A DNA stretch of 64,000 nt. Source: Eledone cirrhosa. Taxonomy: Eukaryota. The stretch lies in contig OZ024743.1 in the NCBI GenBank assembly GCA_964016885.1, positions 346,952,001 through 347,016,000 on the forward strand, given 5' to 3'. The position numbers were made by a program, and so were the translations under genes. Position 1 is the stretch's first letter; the number at the start of each line of letters is the position of its first letter. Positions 27,848 to 39,029 of this stretch are shown here, piece by piece. The notes under the pieces were generated by a model. That model saw nothing but the letters and a program-made list of their open reading frames with translations. It made no database searches and was not told the DNA's origin.

Positions 27848-30800
27848 CTACAGGCGCATGATCAGAGTAGGCCCACTCACGCGGGCCATTCTCGCCACAT
27901 TCACCCACCTTTCAGTAAATGTACTGGGGGGCAGCACTTCTCTCTCCACCCTCACCTTCCTTTCCAAGTGAAACTTGAAGAAGTTGATGAGGGATTGGCC
28001 GAAGAGAAAAGTGTCTGTCTTCAGTCCTTTCAACCTGGTCCACCATGCAACCTCTTTCGCTACTGCCACCAGGCAGAGGAAAATTGCCTGCCCTTCCTGA
28101 CCAAAAGAAGGCGGCGGGTCAATCTTCACTATGGACTCGGACGATAGCCGGATCCGTTCTACACGCGACAATAGCTGTTCGACATAACCCCACAAGTCAG
28201 CAATGCACGGACACTGGACGAGTGCGTGCAGAACGGTTTCGTCGCTCTGCGCGCATCTCGGGCAGGTTCGTCTGACAGCACTTCCGTGCCTGTAGAGTTT
28301 ATCCCGAACCGGCAGCGCCCCCCGGTAGCACTGCCAAGCGAGGGATTTCTGGAAGTTATCCATCGTCCCCGGCTCGAAAGTCCTCCGGAACATACTGGTC
28401 AGTTCTACTTCGTTGACGCCCAGAGCCTCTCCTAGTACGTCATCGCACTTGCCCTCCACTAATCCTCTATAGAAATCTTGAGTGGAAGTTCCACTGACCG
28501 CATTGCCCACCTTGCAGAGTGCAGTGAGCGCCTGGCAACATTCCAGATGCCAGTCGCCCAGTCTCGGTCTCTTCTTGACCCAGGACTGCAGCTCAGTCAA
28601 AGAGATGAGCTGCGGAAAGGCCCGTCTAACAAACGGCGACCACACCTGTTCACCGTTTAGGCAAAATATCTGGAGATGTCGCAGCCTCAGCGCATGTCTG
28701 CGCATCATTAGCCACGGCATGCCCAGCCCTCCACGAAGAGGGTGCTGGCAGCAGATGGACCGCCTCACCAACGGGACCCGTCCCCTCCACAAAAATTTGA
28801 AAAGGAGCCGTTCCAAATTGGCGAGGCGTGGACGGGGGCAAGGCACGACGGTCAGGCGGTAGTAGATGACGGACGCGATGTACGCGTTCGCCACCTCCGC
28901 CCGCCCTTTCAGTGATAGCTTTCTCTCAGCCCATTTCTGGGTGAGGTTGGCTATCCTGCTCGTCACCTCGTCCCAATTCTTATCCACCTGGAGGTCTGGT
29001 CCGAACCAAACCCCGAGCAACTTTACCGGTCCGTCTGTCCAGCGCCCAACGACGCTGTTGGACGGCATGGACTTGCCTCTCCAGGTGCCGAGCTGCAAGC
29101 CCACCGACTTTTCCGGGTTAAGTTTTGCTCCCGTCAACCTTTCATATTCCTCCAAATGGGTGCGGATCACCCCGATTTCCGAGGTGTCCGACACCATCAC
29201 GGTGATGTCGTCCGCATAAGCGGACGCAGCCTTTCTGCGTCCCGGTTCGAGCGGGATGCCCTGCAACAACTCCAGCTTCCGCAGTAGAGGCTCAAGAGTC
29301 AATACGTACAGAAGTGAGGAGAGAGGGCACCCTTGACGGACCGATCGAGAGATCTGAAACGGTTCCGAGAGGTGGCCATTAACTTTGACCACCGAGCGGA
29401 TGCCGCTGTACATTGCAGCGATCCAGCTTCTGAAGACGGGGCCGAAGCCAGCCGCCTCGAGGACAGCCTCCAAGTACCGATGGTCGACCCTATCGAATGC
29501 TTTCGATTGATCTAAATTGATCAGAGCCCCACCGAAGCCAGGTTTGCACCCAACCCTCTCTATGATGTATCGCATGAGGTGGAGGTTGTCGTGTATGGAC
29601 CTGGTCGGGATTGCGCAAGTTTGCGCCTCCCCAACCAAATCTTTGACGACAAGCGCCAACCTTTTCGCTAACACCTTGGCCAAAATCTTAAACTCTGTGT
29701 TGAGCAGGGTTATGGGCCTGAAATTATCTAGTGTGTCCCTCTTGTTCTCGTCTTTCCTTATCAGCGTCACTACGCCACGGCTCACAGAACTGGGAATGCT
29801 CCCGTTCTGCTGCCAGTTGCAGTAGAGCGCTTCGAGGAGATCGGAGAACAAGTCTGGCATATTTACGTAAAGCTCGTAGGGCAGACCATCCAAACCGGGT
29901 GACTTGCGACTCGAGCAGCCGACAAGGGCGTCCTGAATTTCGGCTGATGTTATCGGCTCTTCGCAGCGCTCAGCGTCGGCCGTCGAGAGGCGTGGCAAGC
30001 CGTCGAGGTAGGGACTGAAGTCCGCCGCCGTCTCCGACTCACCCATCCTCCCGAACAATCGAGCAAAGTGCTGGCGAAAGGCCTCACACATCTGCTTGGA
30101 ATCGCTCAGTTCGTGTCCATCTCGATCCGTCAAAGACCGAATTGTGGTTTTATTTCCACGCTGCGTCTCTGCAAAGCGAGCCCATCGGGCAGCTTTGGTT
30201 CCCTCGTTCCTCAGAGCACGCGCCTTAGCTCTGACAATGCAACCTTCGTGTTTCGCATTGAAGAAATGGTCTAGTGCCATTCTCGCCGCTAGCACGTCTG
30301 TTGCAATGCCACTACAAATAGCCTCGTCTAACTTAGCTATCAGCCCCTCCTCCTTTCTATTTTTCTCTATTGCTACTTCTTTGCTAAATCCTATCGAGGT
30401 TGCTCTAATCTCTCTTTTGAGTGCCCCCCACCACCTGTTGTTGACAACCCCCCCTGTCAACTTTTGCTTAACTAAGTTGTTGACCCGGTCCCTGTAAGCT
30501 TTACGTGCCGGAAACGACATGTTTAGCTTCCAGTAGCTAGGTCCTAACCTACGTGTCTTATCTAGGTCGACCATACAGATCACAAGCTTGTGATCTGAAT
30601 AGGCAACCGTTTTAAAATGTGGACATCCTACACTATTTCTATCTCTTTTCCTAATGAAAATCCTATCTATGTACGATCTAGATGACCCTATGCGATTGGT
30701 CCAGGTCCATACTGGCGCATTAGGGAAATCTAGTCGGTACCTGTCAGACAGTTGAAACTGGCTGATCAGGTACTTGAGGCTTTTGCACCCCCCGCTCCTA

Positions 30801-31267
30801 TCAGATACTCCCACACAATCCCAGCGTGCTTCTAAGATGCCATTCCAATCCCCTATTAACAGTAAAGGGCGAGACGTAAGCAGAAAGTTTTCCAGGCGCC
30901 TAAAGAAGTCCGGCCGACCGGCCCCAGTAGGGGCGTAGACGGCCACCAGTCTAAAGGCACCACCTTCGCTATTGCTCACGTCCAGGACCACCAACTTTCC
31001 GTCAGGATCCCGGAAGATTGACCTTACCTCGAGATCCAGACATTTCCTAAACAGCACAGCCACTCCACCTCCCATTCCCGGCCGACTAACAGATGCAAAG
31101 ATCTGATAATCGTCGAAAATCGGCGCCAGTGCGCGTGTGTCGGAAATTCTGGTCTCGCTGATGGCAATTACATCCATTCCTAGTGACCTGAGGTCGTTGA
31201 GCAAGTGACCTTGCTTCCAGGGCGACCCCAGGCCACGAACATTTAAACTTCCTACTCTTATGGCCAT
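27848..31267 (-). CDS. Tx1-like ORF2: APE endonuclease + RT + C-terminal CCHC
   Basis: SLNVRGL, ISETR, VYAP, GDWN, YIDRIF, SDHK (APE); KSPGLDGLP, FRPITLLN, DQSKAFDRV, VRQGCPLS, AYADD (RT); CPRC..ETVLHALVQC. Confidence 0.95.
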   Translation of the reverse strand: MAIRVGSLNVRGLGSPWKQGHLLNDLRSLGMDVIAISETRISDTRALAPIFDDYQIFASVSRPGMGGGVAVLFRKCLDLEVRSIFRDPDGKLVVLDVSNSEGGAFRLVAVYAPTGAGRPDFFRRLENFLLTSRPLLLIGDWNGILEARWDCVGVSDRSGGCKSLKYLISQFQLSDRYRLDFPNAPVWTWTNRIGSSRSYIDRIFIRKRDRNSVGCPHFKTVAYSDHKLVICMVDLDKTRRLGPSYWKLNMSFPARKAYRDRVNNLVKQKLTGGVVNNRWWGALKREIRATSIGFSKEVAIEKNRKEEGLIAKLDEAICSGIATDVLAARMALDHFFNAKHEGCIVRAKARALRNEGTKAARWARFAETQRGNKTTIRSLTDRDGHELSDSKQMCEAFRQHFARLFGRMGESETAADFSPYLDGLPRLSTADAERCEEPITSAEIQDALVGCSSRKSPGLDGLPYELYVNMPDLFSDLLEALYCNWQQNGSIPSSVSRGVVTLIRKDENKRDTLDNFRPITLLNTEFKILAKVLAKRLALVVKDLVGEAQTCAIPTRSIHDNLHLMRYIIERVGCKPGFGGALINLDQSKAFDRVDHRYLEAVLEAAGFGPVFRSWIAAMYSGIRSVVKVNGHLSEPFQISRSVRQGCPLSSLLYVLTLEPLLRKLELLQGIPLEPGRRKAASAYADDITVMVSDTSEIGVIRTHLEEYERLTGAKLNPEKSVGLQLGTWRGKSMPSNSVVGRWTDGPVKLLGVWFGPDLQVDKNWDEVTSRIANLTQKWAERKLSLKGRAEVANAYIASVIYYRLTVVPCPRPRLANLERLLFKFLWRGRVPLVRRSICCQHPLRGGLGMPWLMMRRHALRLRHLQIFCLNGEQVWSPFVRRAFPQLISLTELQSWVKKRPRLGDWHLECCQALTALCKVGNAVSGTSTQDFYRGLVEGKCDDVLGEALGVNEVELTSMFRRTFEPGTMDNFQKSLAWQCYRGALPVRDKLYRHGSAVRRTCPRCAQSDETVLHALVQCPCIADLWGYVEQLLSRVERIRLSSESIVKIDPPPSFGQEGQAIFLCLVAVAKEVAWWTRLKGLKTDTFLFGQSLINFFKFHLERKVRVEREVLPPSTFTERWVNVARMARVSGPTLIMRL

Positions 31268-31296
31268 GCTGGCAGGATGAATGGGAGAGGAAAGGT

Positions 31297-33159
31297 TTAC
31301 TTACCTTCCGGGGTCTTGTGAAGGTCGGGTGGTTCGACCTCCATGGTTTGTGGGGTTTCTTTTGGGAACCCCTTTAATAATCTTGACGTGGGTTTTACGT
31401 TCGGGGTTCCCACATCCCGAGGAAAGCTCTTTCGAATTTCTTTGTATGAAGCGAGCGACATTCGCATCAGAAGCAAATTATCTGGTACGCGAAATGTGCT
31501 CGCTTCAAATGTTTCCCCGTCTTTTTCGATGTTTGTGCTTCGTGCTACATGGGCCATCAATTCCTTGTTGGCCCTTCTGGCAAGCACGAAGTTTTTAATG
31601 TTTTGTTGCTCGGGTTTTATTTGTTCGTGTGATTGTGGTGGTGATAGCTTTGTTAGTGTTGTTTCTATTGTGTCTGCGTTTGTTGTGGGTGGGGTGTCTG
31701 TAGTTTCTGATGTTTGTGTGTCTATTTGTTCTTGTGTCTGTTTAGCTTGTTTGCGTTTGGGGGATTTTGGTGGTTGTGTTGGTGATGCTGTGGGGAAAAT
31801 GTTTGTGTGGGTGGTGTGTGTATTTTCTTTTGTGGGGGTGTTTGTGCTTTGTGGATTTCTTTTTTTTTTGTGTTTTGTTTTTTGTATTTTGGGGGACTTT
31901 GGTTTTCCCTCATCTTCACTGCTGGAGGATGAGGGGTCTGTGGCTGTGAGCGTGTTTGTGTCTGAGTGAGTGTTTATGTTCTTGTTCGTGTGTGTATTTT
32001 GGGGGGGAGGGGGAATGGGAGAGCTTTCCTCGTTTCCCCCCTGGGTGTGCAATTTTGGTGGTTCCATTGTTGACGGTGTTGCTGGTGGTCCTTGTCCCGG
32101 CGTCGCCAGCAGTGGAATCTTTCGACCCCTTGCGCTTTTCGGCAGTTGAGGGCAGAAGGCTCGCAAGTGTGTCGTTTCCCCACAAAGGAAACAATGCGGC
32201 CTTTTGCCCTCAGTCATTATATGCAACACCCTCCCGTTTTGGAGGCGGATGTGGTCCGGGATTGTTTTTACGTTTTCGGGTCTGATTTGGAGCAGTATCT
32301 CCAGATCAACCCCGGACCAGTCGTCCCTGGCAGTTCTCGTTGCCTCTACCGGGACTGTATCCGTTCCTTCCACGATTACGCAACCCAGGAGCCACCACAT
32401 ATCAAGTCCTGGTGGAATCCTGGGAATGCGCACACGTGCTATTCGTTTTCCCATGTGGGAGGGGTACATTATGACCTTGCTGGTTTTGCAAGGGGTCATT
32501 GAATGCTTCACAGCGAGGGCTTCAGACTTGAACAGCACCGAAACGGTGCCGTATTGCCTGCCCCTCTCTATGAAGTCTGTGTCCTCTCTGATGTATTTCA
32601 GTGCGGCTTCTATGTCAGCTTGGGCGATTATCGCTGCCCTCTTTGTCTCTACTGAGATGCATCTGAAATGCACCGTTCTTTTTTCCACTGCCTCAATGGC
32701 TTCTGCCGGGACAGTTAAGTTTGCCCAGGTCTGCTCTTGGTTTATGATTTTCCAGGCCTGGGCCAACTTTTCCTCTCTGTTGGTTAAGTCGATGCTGTAG
32801 CATGGTCTCCTTTTAGCCGCTGCCACAGCAGCGAAAGTGTTCTTGTTGGTGTTGTCACTGTTGTTGTTCTTGTTGGTGTTGCTGCTGCTATTGCTGTTGT
32901 TGTTCTCCCCTGTGTCGTGGTTACCTTCTGTGCTGTTGGCCTTGTTGGTGCTCTCGCTATTACCACCTTCTGCGCTGTTCGGCTTGTTGGTGTTGGTGTT
33001 GTCGTTGTTACCACCTTCCGCGCCGCTCGGCCCGTTGGTGCTGGCACTGTCGCTGCTCACATTCGTGCTGGTGGCGCTCCTCGCCTCACCTCTCCTCTCA
33101 ACGCTCAAGTCGCCGTTGCACGACAGCAGACCCGCCTCTAGGGGGCGTGGCTCCGCCAT
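31297..33159 (-). CDS. Tx1-like ORF1 (nucleic-acid-binding, CCHC zinc knuckle)
   Basis: CFLCGETTHLRAFC zinc knuckle; N/S/T-rich N-terminus and P/T/K-rich C-terminus. ATG at 33159 (MAEPRP) matches copy B. Confidence 0.88.
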   Translation of the reverse strand: MAEPRPLEAGLLSCNGDLSVERRGEARSATSTNVSSDSASTNGPSGAEGGNNDNTNTNKPNSAEGGNSESTNKANSTEGNHDTGENNNSNSSSNTNKNNNSDNTNKNTFAAVAAAKRRPCYSIDLTNREEKLAQAWKIINQEQTWANLTVPAEAIEAVEKRTVHFRCISVETKRAAIIAQADIEAALKYIREDTDFIERGRQYGTVSVLFKSEALAVKHSMTPCKTSKVIMYPSHMGKRIARVRIPRIPPGLDMWWLLGCVIVEGTDTVPVEATRTARDDWSGVDLEILLQIRPENVKTIPDHIRLQNGRVLHIMTEGKRPHCFLCGETTHLRAFCPQLPKSARGRKIPLLATPGQGPPATPSTMEPPKLHTQGGNEESSPIPPPPQNTHTNKNINTHSDTNTLTATDPSSSSSEDEGKPKSPKIQKTKHKKKRNPQSTNTPTKENTHTTHTNIFPTASPTQPPKSPKRKQAKQTQEQIDTQTSETTDTPPTTNADTIETTLTKLSPPQSHEQIKPEQQNIKNFVLARRANKELMAHVARSTNIEKDGETFEASTFRVPDNLLLMRMSLASYKEIRKSFPRDVGTPNVKPTSRLLKGFPKETPQTMEVEPPDLHKTPEGK

Positions 33160-33669
33160 GTTTTTTTTGAGAAAAAAATTATGATTTTTTTCAAAATAAA
33201 GTTCAAATATTTGGGCCAAAAGGCCCAAATATTATGAGTTATTCCTTCACAGGATACAAATTAATGTCTTATAATGCTTCAGCGGTACAAAAAATAAACA
33301 ATTCTCTACAATTAATCCTCAAAAAATTGCTTACTCACGGAGCTTCAAAAAACGTACATCCACTTTCGTCAATAATAATAATAATAATGATAATAATATT
33401 AATAATAATAATAATGATTTCATTTATTGGCCACAAGGGCCGACATATAGGGGACAACACAATAGACAGGGACAGTGGGGGTTTACATAGAGATCGAGTA
33501 AGTATAAATAACAAAAAAAACAAAATAACAATAAAAATACAACAATGAAAGTTCCCCAATAAGAGGGATCACCACCCAGGGTTGACTCAAGCACCCCACC
33601 AGTCCTGAGCCACCCGACGCTCCTAGGGCACCCGGGAAGGGCACCCCTCTCCTTCTCGAATTCACCAGC

Positions 33670-36600
33670 CTACAGGCGCATGATCAGAGTAGGCCCACTC
33701 ACGCGGGCCATTCTCGCCACATTCACCCACCTTTCAGTAAATGTACTGGGGGGCAGCACTTCTCTCTCCACCCTCACCTTCCTTTCCAAGTGAAACTTGA
33801 AGAAGTTGATGAGGGATTGGCCGAAGAGAAAAGTGTCTGTCTTCAGTCCTTTCAACCTGGTCCACCATGCAACCTCTTTCGCTACTGCCACCAGGCAGAG
33901 GAAAATTGCCTGCCCTTCCTGACCAAAAGAAGGCGGCGGGTCAATCTTCACTATGGACTCGGACGATAGCCGGATCCGTTCTACACGCGACAATAGCTGT
34001 TCGACATAACCCCACAAGTCAGCAATGCACGGACACTGGACGAGTGCGTGCAGAACGGTTTCGTCGCTCTGCGCGCATCTCGGGCAGGTTCGTCTGACAG
34101 CACTTCCGTGCCTGTAGAGTTTATCCCGAACCGGCAGCGCCCCCCGGTAGCACTGCCAAGCGAGGGATTTCTGGAAGTTATCCATCGTCCCCGGCTCGAA
34201 AGTCCTCCGGAACATACTGGTCAGTTCTACTTCGTTGACGCCCAGAGCCTCTCCTAGTACGTCATCGCACTTGCCCTCCACTAATCCTCTATAGAAATCT
34301 TGAGTGGAAGTTCCACTGACCGCATTGCCCACCTTGCAGAGTGCAGTGAGCGCCTGGCAACATTCCAGATGCCAGTCGCCCAGTCTCGGTCTCTTCTTGA
34401 CCCAGGACTGCAGCTCAGTCAAAGAGATGAGCTGCGGAAAGGCCCGTCTAACAAACGGCGACCACACCTGTTCACCGTTTAGGCAAAATATCTGGAGATG
34501 TCGCAGCCTCAGCGCATGTCTGCGCATCATTAGCCACGGCATGCCCAGCCCTCCACGAAGAGGGTGCTGGCAGCAGATGGACCGCCTCACCAACGGGACC
34601 CGTCCCCTCCACAAAAATTTGAAAAGGAGCCGTTCCAAATTGGCGAGGCGTGGACGGGGGCAAGGCACGACGGTCAGGCGGTAGTAGATGACGGACGCGA
34701 TGTACGCGTTCGCCACCTCCGCCCGCCCTTTCAGTGATAGCTTTCTCTCAGCCCATTTCTGGGTGAGGTTGGCTATCCTGCTCGTCACCTCGTCCCAATT
34801 CTTATCCACCTGGAGGTCTGGTCCGAACCAAACCCCGAGCAACTTTACCGGTCCGTCTGTCCAGCGCCCAACGACGCTGTTGGACGGCATGGACTTGCCT
34901 CTCCAGGTGCCGAGCTGCAAGCCCACCGACTTTTCCGGGTTAAGTTTTGCTCCCGTCAACCTTTCATATTCCTCCAAATGGGTGCGGATCACCTCGATTT
35001 CCGAGGTGTCCGACACCATCACGGTGATGTCGTCCGCATAAGCGGACGCAGCCTTTCTACGTCCCGGTTCGAGCGGGATGCCCTGCAACAACTCCAGCTT
35101 CCGCAGTAGAGGCTCAAGAGTCAATACGTACAGAAGTGAGGAGAGAGGGCACCCTTGACGGACCGATCGAGAGATCTGAAACGGTTCCGAGAGGTGGCCA
35201 TTAACTTTGACCACCGAGCGGATGCCGCTGTACATTGCAGCGATCCAGCTTCTGAAGACGGGGCCGAAGCCAGCCGCCTCGAGGACAGCCTCCAAGTACC
35301 GATGGTCGACCCTATCGAATGCTTTCGATTGATCTAAATTGATCAGAGCCCCACCGAAGCCAGGTTTGCACCCAACCCTCTCTATGATGTATCGCATGAG
35401 GTGGAGGTTGTCGTGTATGGACCTGGTCGGGATTGCGCAAGTTTGCGCCTCCCCAACCAAATCTTTGACGACAAGCGCCAACCTTTTCGCTAACACCTTG
35501 GCCAAAATCTTAAACTCTGTGTTGAGCAGGGTTATGGGCCTGAAATTATCTAGTGTGTCCCTCTTGTTCTCGTCTTTCCTTATCAGCGTCACTACGCCAC
35601 GGCTCACAGAACTGGGAATGCTCCCGTTCTGCTGCCAGTTGCAGTAGAGCGCTTCGAGGAGATCGGAGAACAAGTCTGGCATATTTACGTAAAGCTCGTA
35701 GGGCAGACCATCCAAACCGGGTGACTTGCGACTCGAGCAGCCGACAAGGGCGTCCTGAATTTCGGCTGATGTTATCGGCTCTTCGCAGCGCTCAGCGTCG
35801 GCCGTCGAGAGGCGTGGCAAGCCGTCGAGGTAGGGACTGAAGTCCGCCGCCGTCTCCGACTCACCCATCCTCCCGAACAATCGAGCAAAGTGCTGGCGAA
35901 AGGCCTCACACATCTGCTTGGAATCGCTCAGTTCGTGTCCATCTCGATCCGTCAAAGACCGAATTGTGGTTTTATTTCCACGCTGCGTCTCTGCAAAGCG
36001 AGCCCATCGGGCAGCTTTGGTTCCCTCGTTCCTCAGAGCACGCGCCTTAGCTCTGACAATGCAACCTTCGTGTTTCGCATTGAAGAAATGGTCTAGTGCC
36101 ATTCTCGCCGCTAGCACGTCTGTTGCAATGCCACTACAAATAGCCTCGTCTAACTTAGCTATCAGCCCCTCCTCCTTTCTATTTTTCTCTATTGCTACTT
36201 CTTTGCTAAATCCTATCGAGGTTGCTCTAATCTCTCTTTTGAGTGCCCCCCACCACCTGTTGTTGACAACCCCCCCTGTCAACTTTTGCTTAACTAAGTT
36301 GTTGACCCGGTCCCTGTAAGCTTTACGTGCCGGAAACGACATGTTTAGCTTCCAGTAGCTAGGTCCTAACCTACGTGTCTTATCTAGGTCGACCATACAG
36401 ATCACAAGCTTGTGATCTGAATAGGCAACCGTTTTAAAATGTGGACATCCTACACTATTTCTATCTCTTTTCCTAATGAAAATCCTATCTATGTACGATC
36501 TAGATGACCCTATGCGATTGGTCCAGGTCCATACTGGCGCATTAGGGAAATCTAGTCGGTACCTGTCAGACAGTTGAAACTGGCTGATCAGGTACTTGAG

Positions 36601-37089
36601 GCTTTTGCACCCCCCGCTCCTATCAGATACTCCCACACAATCCCAGCGTGCTTCTAAGATGCCATTCCAATCCCCTATTAACAGTAAAGGGCGAGACGTA
36701 AGCAGAAAGTTTTCCAGGCGCCTAAAGAAGTCCGGCCGACCGGCCCCAGTAGGGGCGTAGACGGCCACCAGTCTAAAGGCACCACCTTCGCTATTGCTCA
36801 CGTCCAGGACCACCAACTTTCCGTCAGGATCCCGGAAGATTGACCTTACCTCGAGATCCAGACATTTCCTAAACAGCACAGCCACTCCACCTCCCATTCC
36901 CGGCCGACTAACAGATGCAAAGATCTGATAATCGTCGAAAATCGGCGCCAGTGCGCGTGTGTCGGAAATTCTGGTCTCGCTGATGGCAATTACATCCATT
37001 CCTAGTGACCTGAGGTCGTTGAGCAAGTGACCTTGCTTCCAGGGCGACCCCAGGCCACGAACATTTAAACTTCCTACTCTTATGGCCAT
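33670..37089 (-). CDS. Tx1-like ORF2 (APE + RT), copy B
   Basis: 1139 aa; matches copy A apart from SEIEVI versus SEIGVI. Confidence 0.95.
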   Translation of the reverse strand: MAIRVGSLNVRGLGSPWKQGHLLNDLRSLGMDVIAISETRISDTRALAPIFDDYQIFASVSRPGMGGGVAVLFRKCLDLEVRSIFRDPDGKLVVLDVSNSEGGAFRLVAVYAPTGAGRPDFFRRLENFLLTSRPLLLIGDWNGILEARWDCVGVSDRSGGCKSLKYLISQFQLSDRYRLDFPNAPVWTWTNRIGSSRSYIDRIFIRKRDRNSVGCPHFKTVAYSDHKLVICMVDLDKTRRLGPSYWKLNMSFPARKAYRDRVNNLVKQKLTGGVVNNRWWGALKREIRATSIGFSKEVAIEKNRKEEGLIAKLDEAICSGIATDVLAARMALDHFFNAKHEGCIVRAKARALRNEGTKAARWARFAETQRGNKTTIRSLTDRDGHELSDSKQMCEAFRQHFARLFGRMGESETAADFSPYLDGLPRLSTADAERCEEPITSAEIQDALVGCSSRKSPGLDGLPYELYVNMPDLFSDLLEALYCNWQQNGSIPSSVSRGVVTLIRKDENKRDTLDNFRPITLLNTEFKILAKVLAKRLALVVKDLVGEAQTCAIPTRSIHDNLHLMRYIIERVGCKPGFGGALINLDQSKAFDRVDHRYLEAVLEAAGFGPVFRSWIAAMYSGIRSVVKVNGHLSEPFQISRSVRQGCPLSSLLYVLTLEPLLRKLELLQGIPLEPGRRKAASAYADDITVMVSDTSEIEVIRTHLEEYERLTGAKLNPEKSVGLQLGTWRGKSMPSNSVVGRWTDGPVKLLGVWFGPDLQVDKNWDEVTSRIANLTQKWAERKLSLKGRAEVANAYIASVIYYRLTVVPCPRPRLANLERLLFKFLWRGRVPLVRRSICCQHPLRGGLGMPWLMMRRHALRLRHLQIFCLNGEQVWSPFVRRAFPQLISLTELQSWVKKRPRLGDWHLECCQALTALCKVGNAVSGTSTQDFYRGLVEGKCDDVLGEALGVNEVELTSMFRRTFEPGTMDNFQKSLAWQCYRGALPVRDKLYRHGSAVRRTCPRCAQSDETVLHALVQCPCIADLWGYVEQLLSRVERIRLSSESIVKIDPPPSFGQEGQAIFLCLVAVAKEVAWWTRLKGLKTDTFLFGQSLINFFKFHLERKVRVEREVLPPSTFTERWVNVARMARVSGPTLIMRL

Positions 37090-37118
37090 GCTGGCAGGAT
37101 GAATGGGAGAGGAAAGGT

Positions 37119-39029
37119 TTACTTACCTTCCGGGGTCTTGTGAAGGTCGGGTGGTTCGACCTCCATGGTTTGTGGGGTTTCTTTTGGGAACCCCTTTAAT
37201 AGTCTTGACGTGGGTTTTACGTTCGGGGTTCCCACATCCCGAGGAAAGCTCTTTCGAATTTCTTTGTATGAAGCGAGCGACATTCGCATCAGAAGCAAAT
37301 TATCTGGTACGCGAAATGTGCTCGCTTCAAATGTTTCCCCGTCTTTTTCGATGTTTGTGCTTCGTGCTACATGGGCCATCAATTCCTTGTTGGCCCTTCT
37401 GGCAAGCACGAAGTTTTTAATGTTTTGTTGCTCGGGTTTTATTTGTTCGTGTGATTGTGGTGGTGATAGCTTTGTTAGTGTTGTTTCTATTGTGTCTGCG
37501 TTTGTTGTGGGTGGGGTGTCTGTAGTTTCTGATGTTTGTGTGTCTATTTGTTCTTGTGTCTGTTTAGCTTGTTTGCGTTTGGGGGATTGTGGTGGTTGTG
37601 TTGGTGATGCTGTGGGGAAAATGTTTGTGTGGGTGGTGTGTGTATTTTCTTTTGTGGGGGTGTTTGTGCTTTGTGGATTTCTTTTTTTTTTGTGTTTTGT
37701 TTTTTGTATTTTGGGGGACTTTGGTTTTCCCTCATCTTCACTGCTGGAGGATGAGGGGTCTGTGGCTGTGAGCGTGTTTGTGTCTGAGTGAGTGTTTATG
37801 TTCTTGTTCGTGTGTGTATTTTGGGGGGGAGGGGGAATGGGAGAGCTTTCCTCGTTTCCCCCCTGGGTGTGCAATTTTGGTGGTTCCATTGTTGACGGTG
37901 TTGCTGGTGGTCCTTGTCCCGGCGTCGCCAGCAGTGGAATCTTTCGACCCCTTGCGCTTTTCGGCAGTTGAGGGCAGAAGGCTCGCAAGTGTGTCGTTTC
38001 CCCACAAAGGAAACAATGCGGCCTTTTGCCCTCAGTCATTATATGCAACACCCTCCCGTTTTGGAGGCGGATGTGGTCCGGGATTGCTTTCACGTTTTCG
38101 GGTCTGATTTGGAGCAGTATCTCCAGATCAACCCCGGACCAGTCGTCCCTGGCAGTTCTCGTTGCCTCTACCGGGACTGTATCCGTTCCTTCCACGATTA
38201 CGCAACCCAGGAGCCACCACATATCAAGTCCTGGTGGAATCCTGGGAATGCGCACACGTGCTATTCGTTTTCCCATGTGGGAGGGGTACATTATGACCTT
38301 GCTGGTTTTGCAAGGGGTCATTGAATGCTTCACAGCGAGGGCTTCAGACTTGAACAGCACCGAAACGGTGCCGTATTGCCTGCCCCTCTCTATGAAGTCT
38401 GTGTCCTCTCTGATGTATTTCAGTGCGGCTTCTATGTCAGCTTGGGCGATTATCGCTGCCCTCTTTGTCTCTACTGAGATGCATCTGAAATGCACCGTTC
38501 TTTTTTCCACTGCCTCAATGGCTTCTGCCGGGACAGTTAAGTTTGCCCAGGTCTGCTCTTGATTTATGATTTTCCAGGCCTGGGCCAACTTTTCCTCTCT
38601 GTTGGTTAAGTCGATGCTGTAGCATGGTCTCCTTTTAGCCGCTGCCACAGCAGCGAAAGTGTTCTTGTTGGTGTTGTCACTGTTGTTGTTCTTGTTGGTG
38701 TTGCTGCTGCTATTGCTGTTGTTGTTCTCCCCTGTGTCGTGGTTACCTTCTGTGCTGTTGGCCTTGTTGGTGCTGCTGCTGTCGCTACTATTACTCTCTG
38801 TGCTGTTCGTTTTGTTGGTGCTCTCGCTATTACCACCTTCTGCGCTGTTCGGCTTGTTGGTGTTGGTGTTGTCGCTGTTACCACCTTCCGCGCCGCTCGG
38901 CCCGTTGGTGCTGGCACTGTCGCTGCTCACATTCGTGCTGGTGGCGCTCCTCGCCTCACCTCTCCTCTCAACGCTCAAGTCGCCGTTGCACGACAGCAGA
39001 CCCGCCTCTAGGGGGCGTGGCTCCGCCAT
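37119..39029 (-). CDS. Tx1-like ORF1, copy B
   Basis: 636 aa; CCHC knuckle CFLCGETTHLRAFC; 16 aa longer than A (TNSTESNSSDSSSTNK). Confidence 0.9.
   Translation of the reverse strand: MAEPRPLEAGLLSCNGDLSVERRGEARSATSTNVSSDSASTNGPSGAEGGNSDNTNTNKPNSAEGGNSESTNKTNSTESNSSDSSSTNKANSTEGNHDTGENNNSNSSSNTNKNNNSDNTNKNTFAAVAAAKRRPCYSIDLTNREEKLAQAWKIINQEQTWANLTVPAEAIEAVEKRTVHFRCISVETKRAAIIAQADIEAALKYIREDTDFIERGRQYGTVSVLFKSEALAVKHSMTPCKTSKVIMYPSHMGKRIARVRIPRIPPGLDMWWLLGCVIVEGTDTVPVEATRTARDDWSGVDLEILLQIRPENVKAIPDHIRLQNGRVLHIMTEGKRPHCFLCGETTHLRAFCPQLPKSARGRKIPLLATPGQGPPATPSTMEPPKLHTQGGNEESSPIPPPPQNTHTNKNINTHSDTNTLTATDPSSSSSEDEGKPKSPKIQKTKHKKKRNPQSTNTPTKENTHTTHTNIFPTASPTQPPQSPKRKQAKQTQEQIDTQTSETTDTPPTTNADTIETTLTKLSPPQSHEQIKPEQQNIKNFVLARRANKELMAHVARSTNIEKDGETFEASTFRVPDNLLLMRMSLASYKEIRKSFPRDVGTPNVKPTSRLLKGFPKETPQTMEVEPPDLHKTPEGK

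Larger units (their letters stand above)
27594..33370 (-). mobile_element. Full-length L1/Tx1-clade LINE, copy A
   Basis: Two intact ORFs. The 3' end AATAAATGAAATC is followed by (ATT)n, and the 5' end GACGAAAGTGG is preceded by (ATT)n. GC-rich relative to the host DNA. Confidence 0.93.
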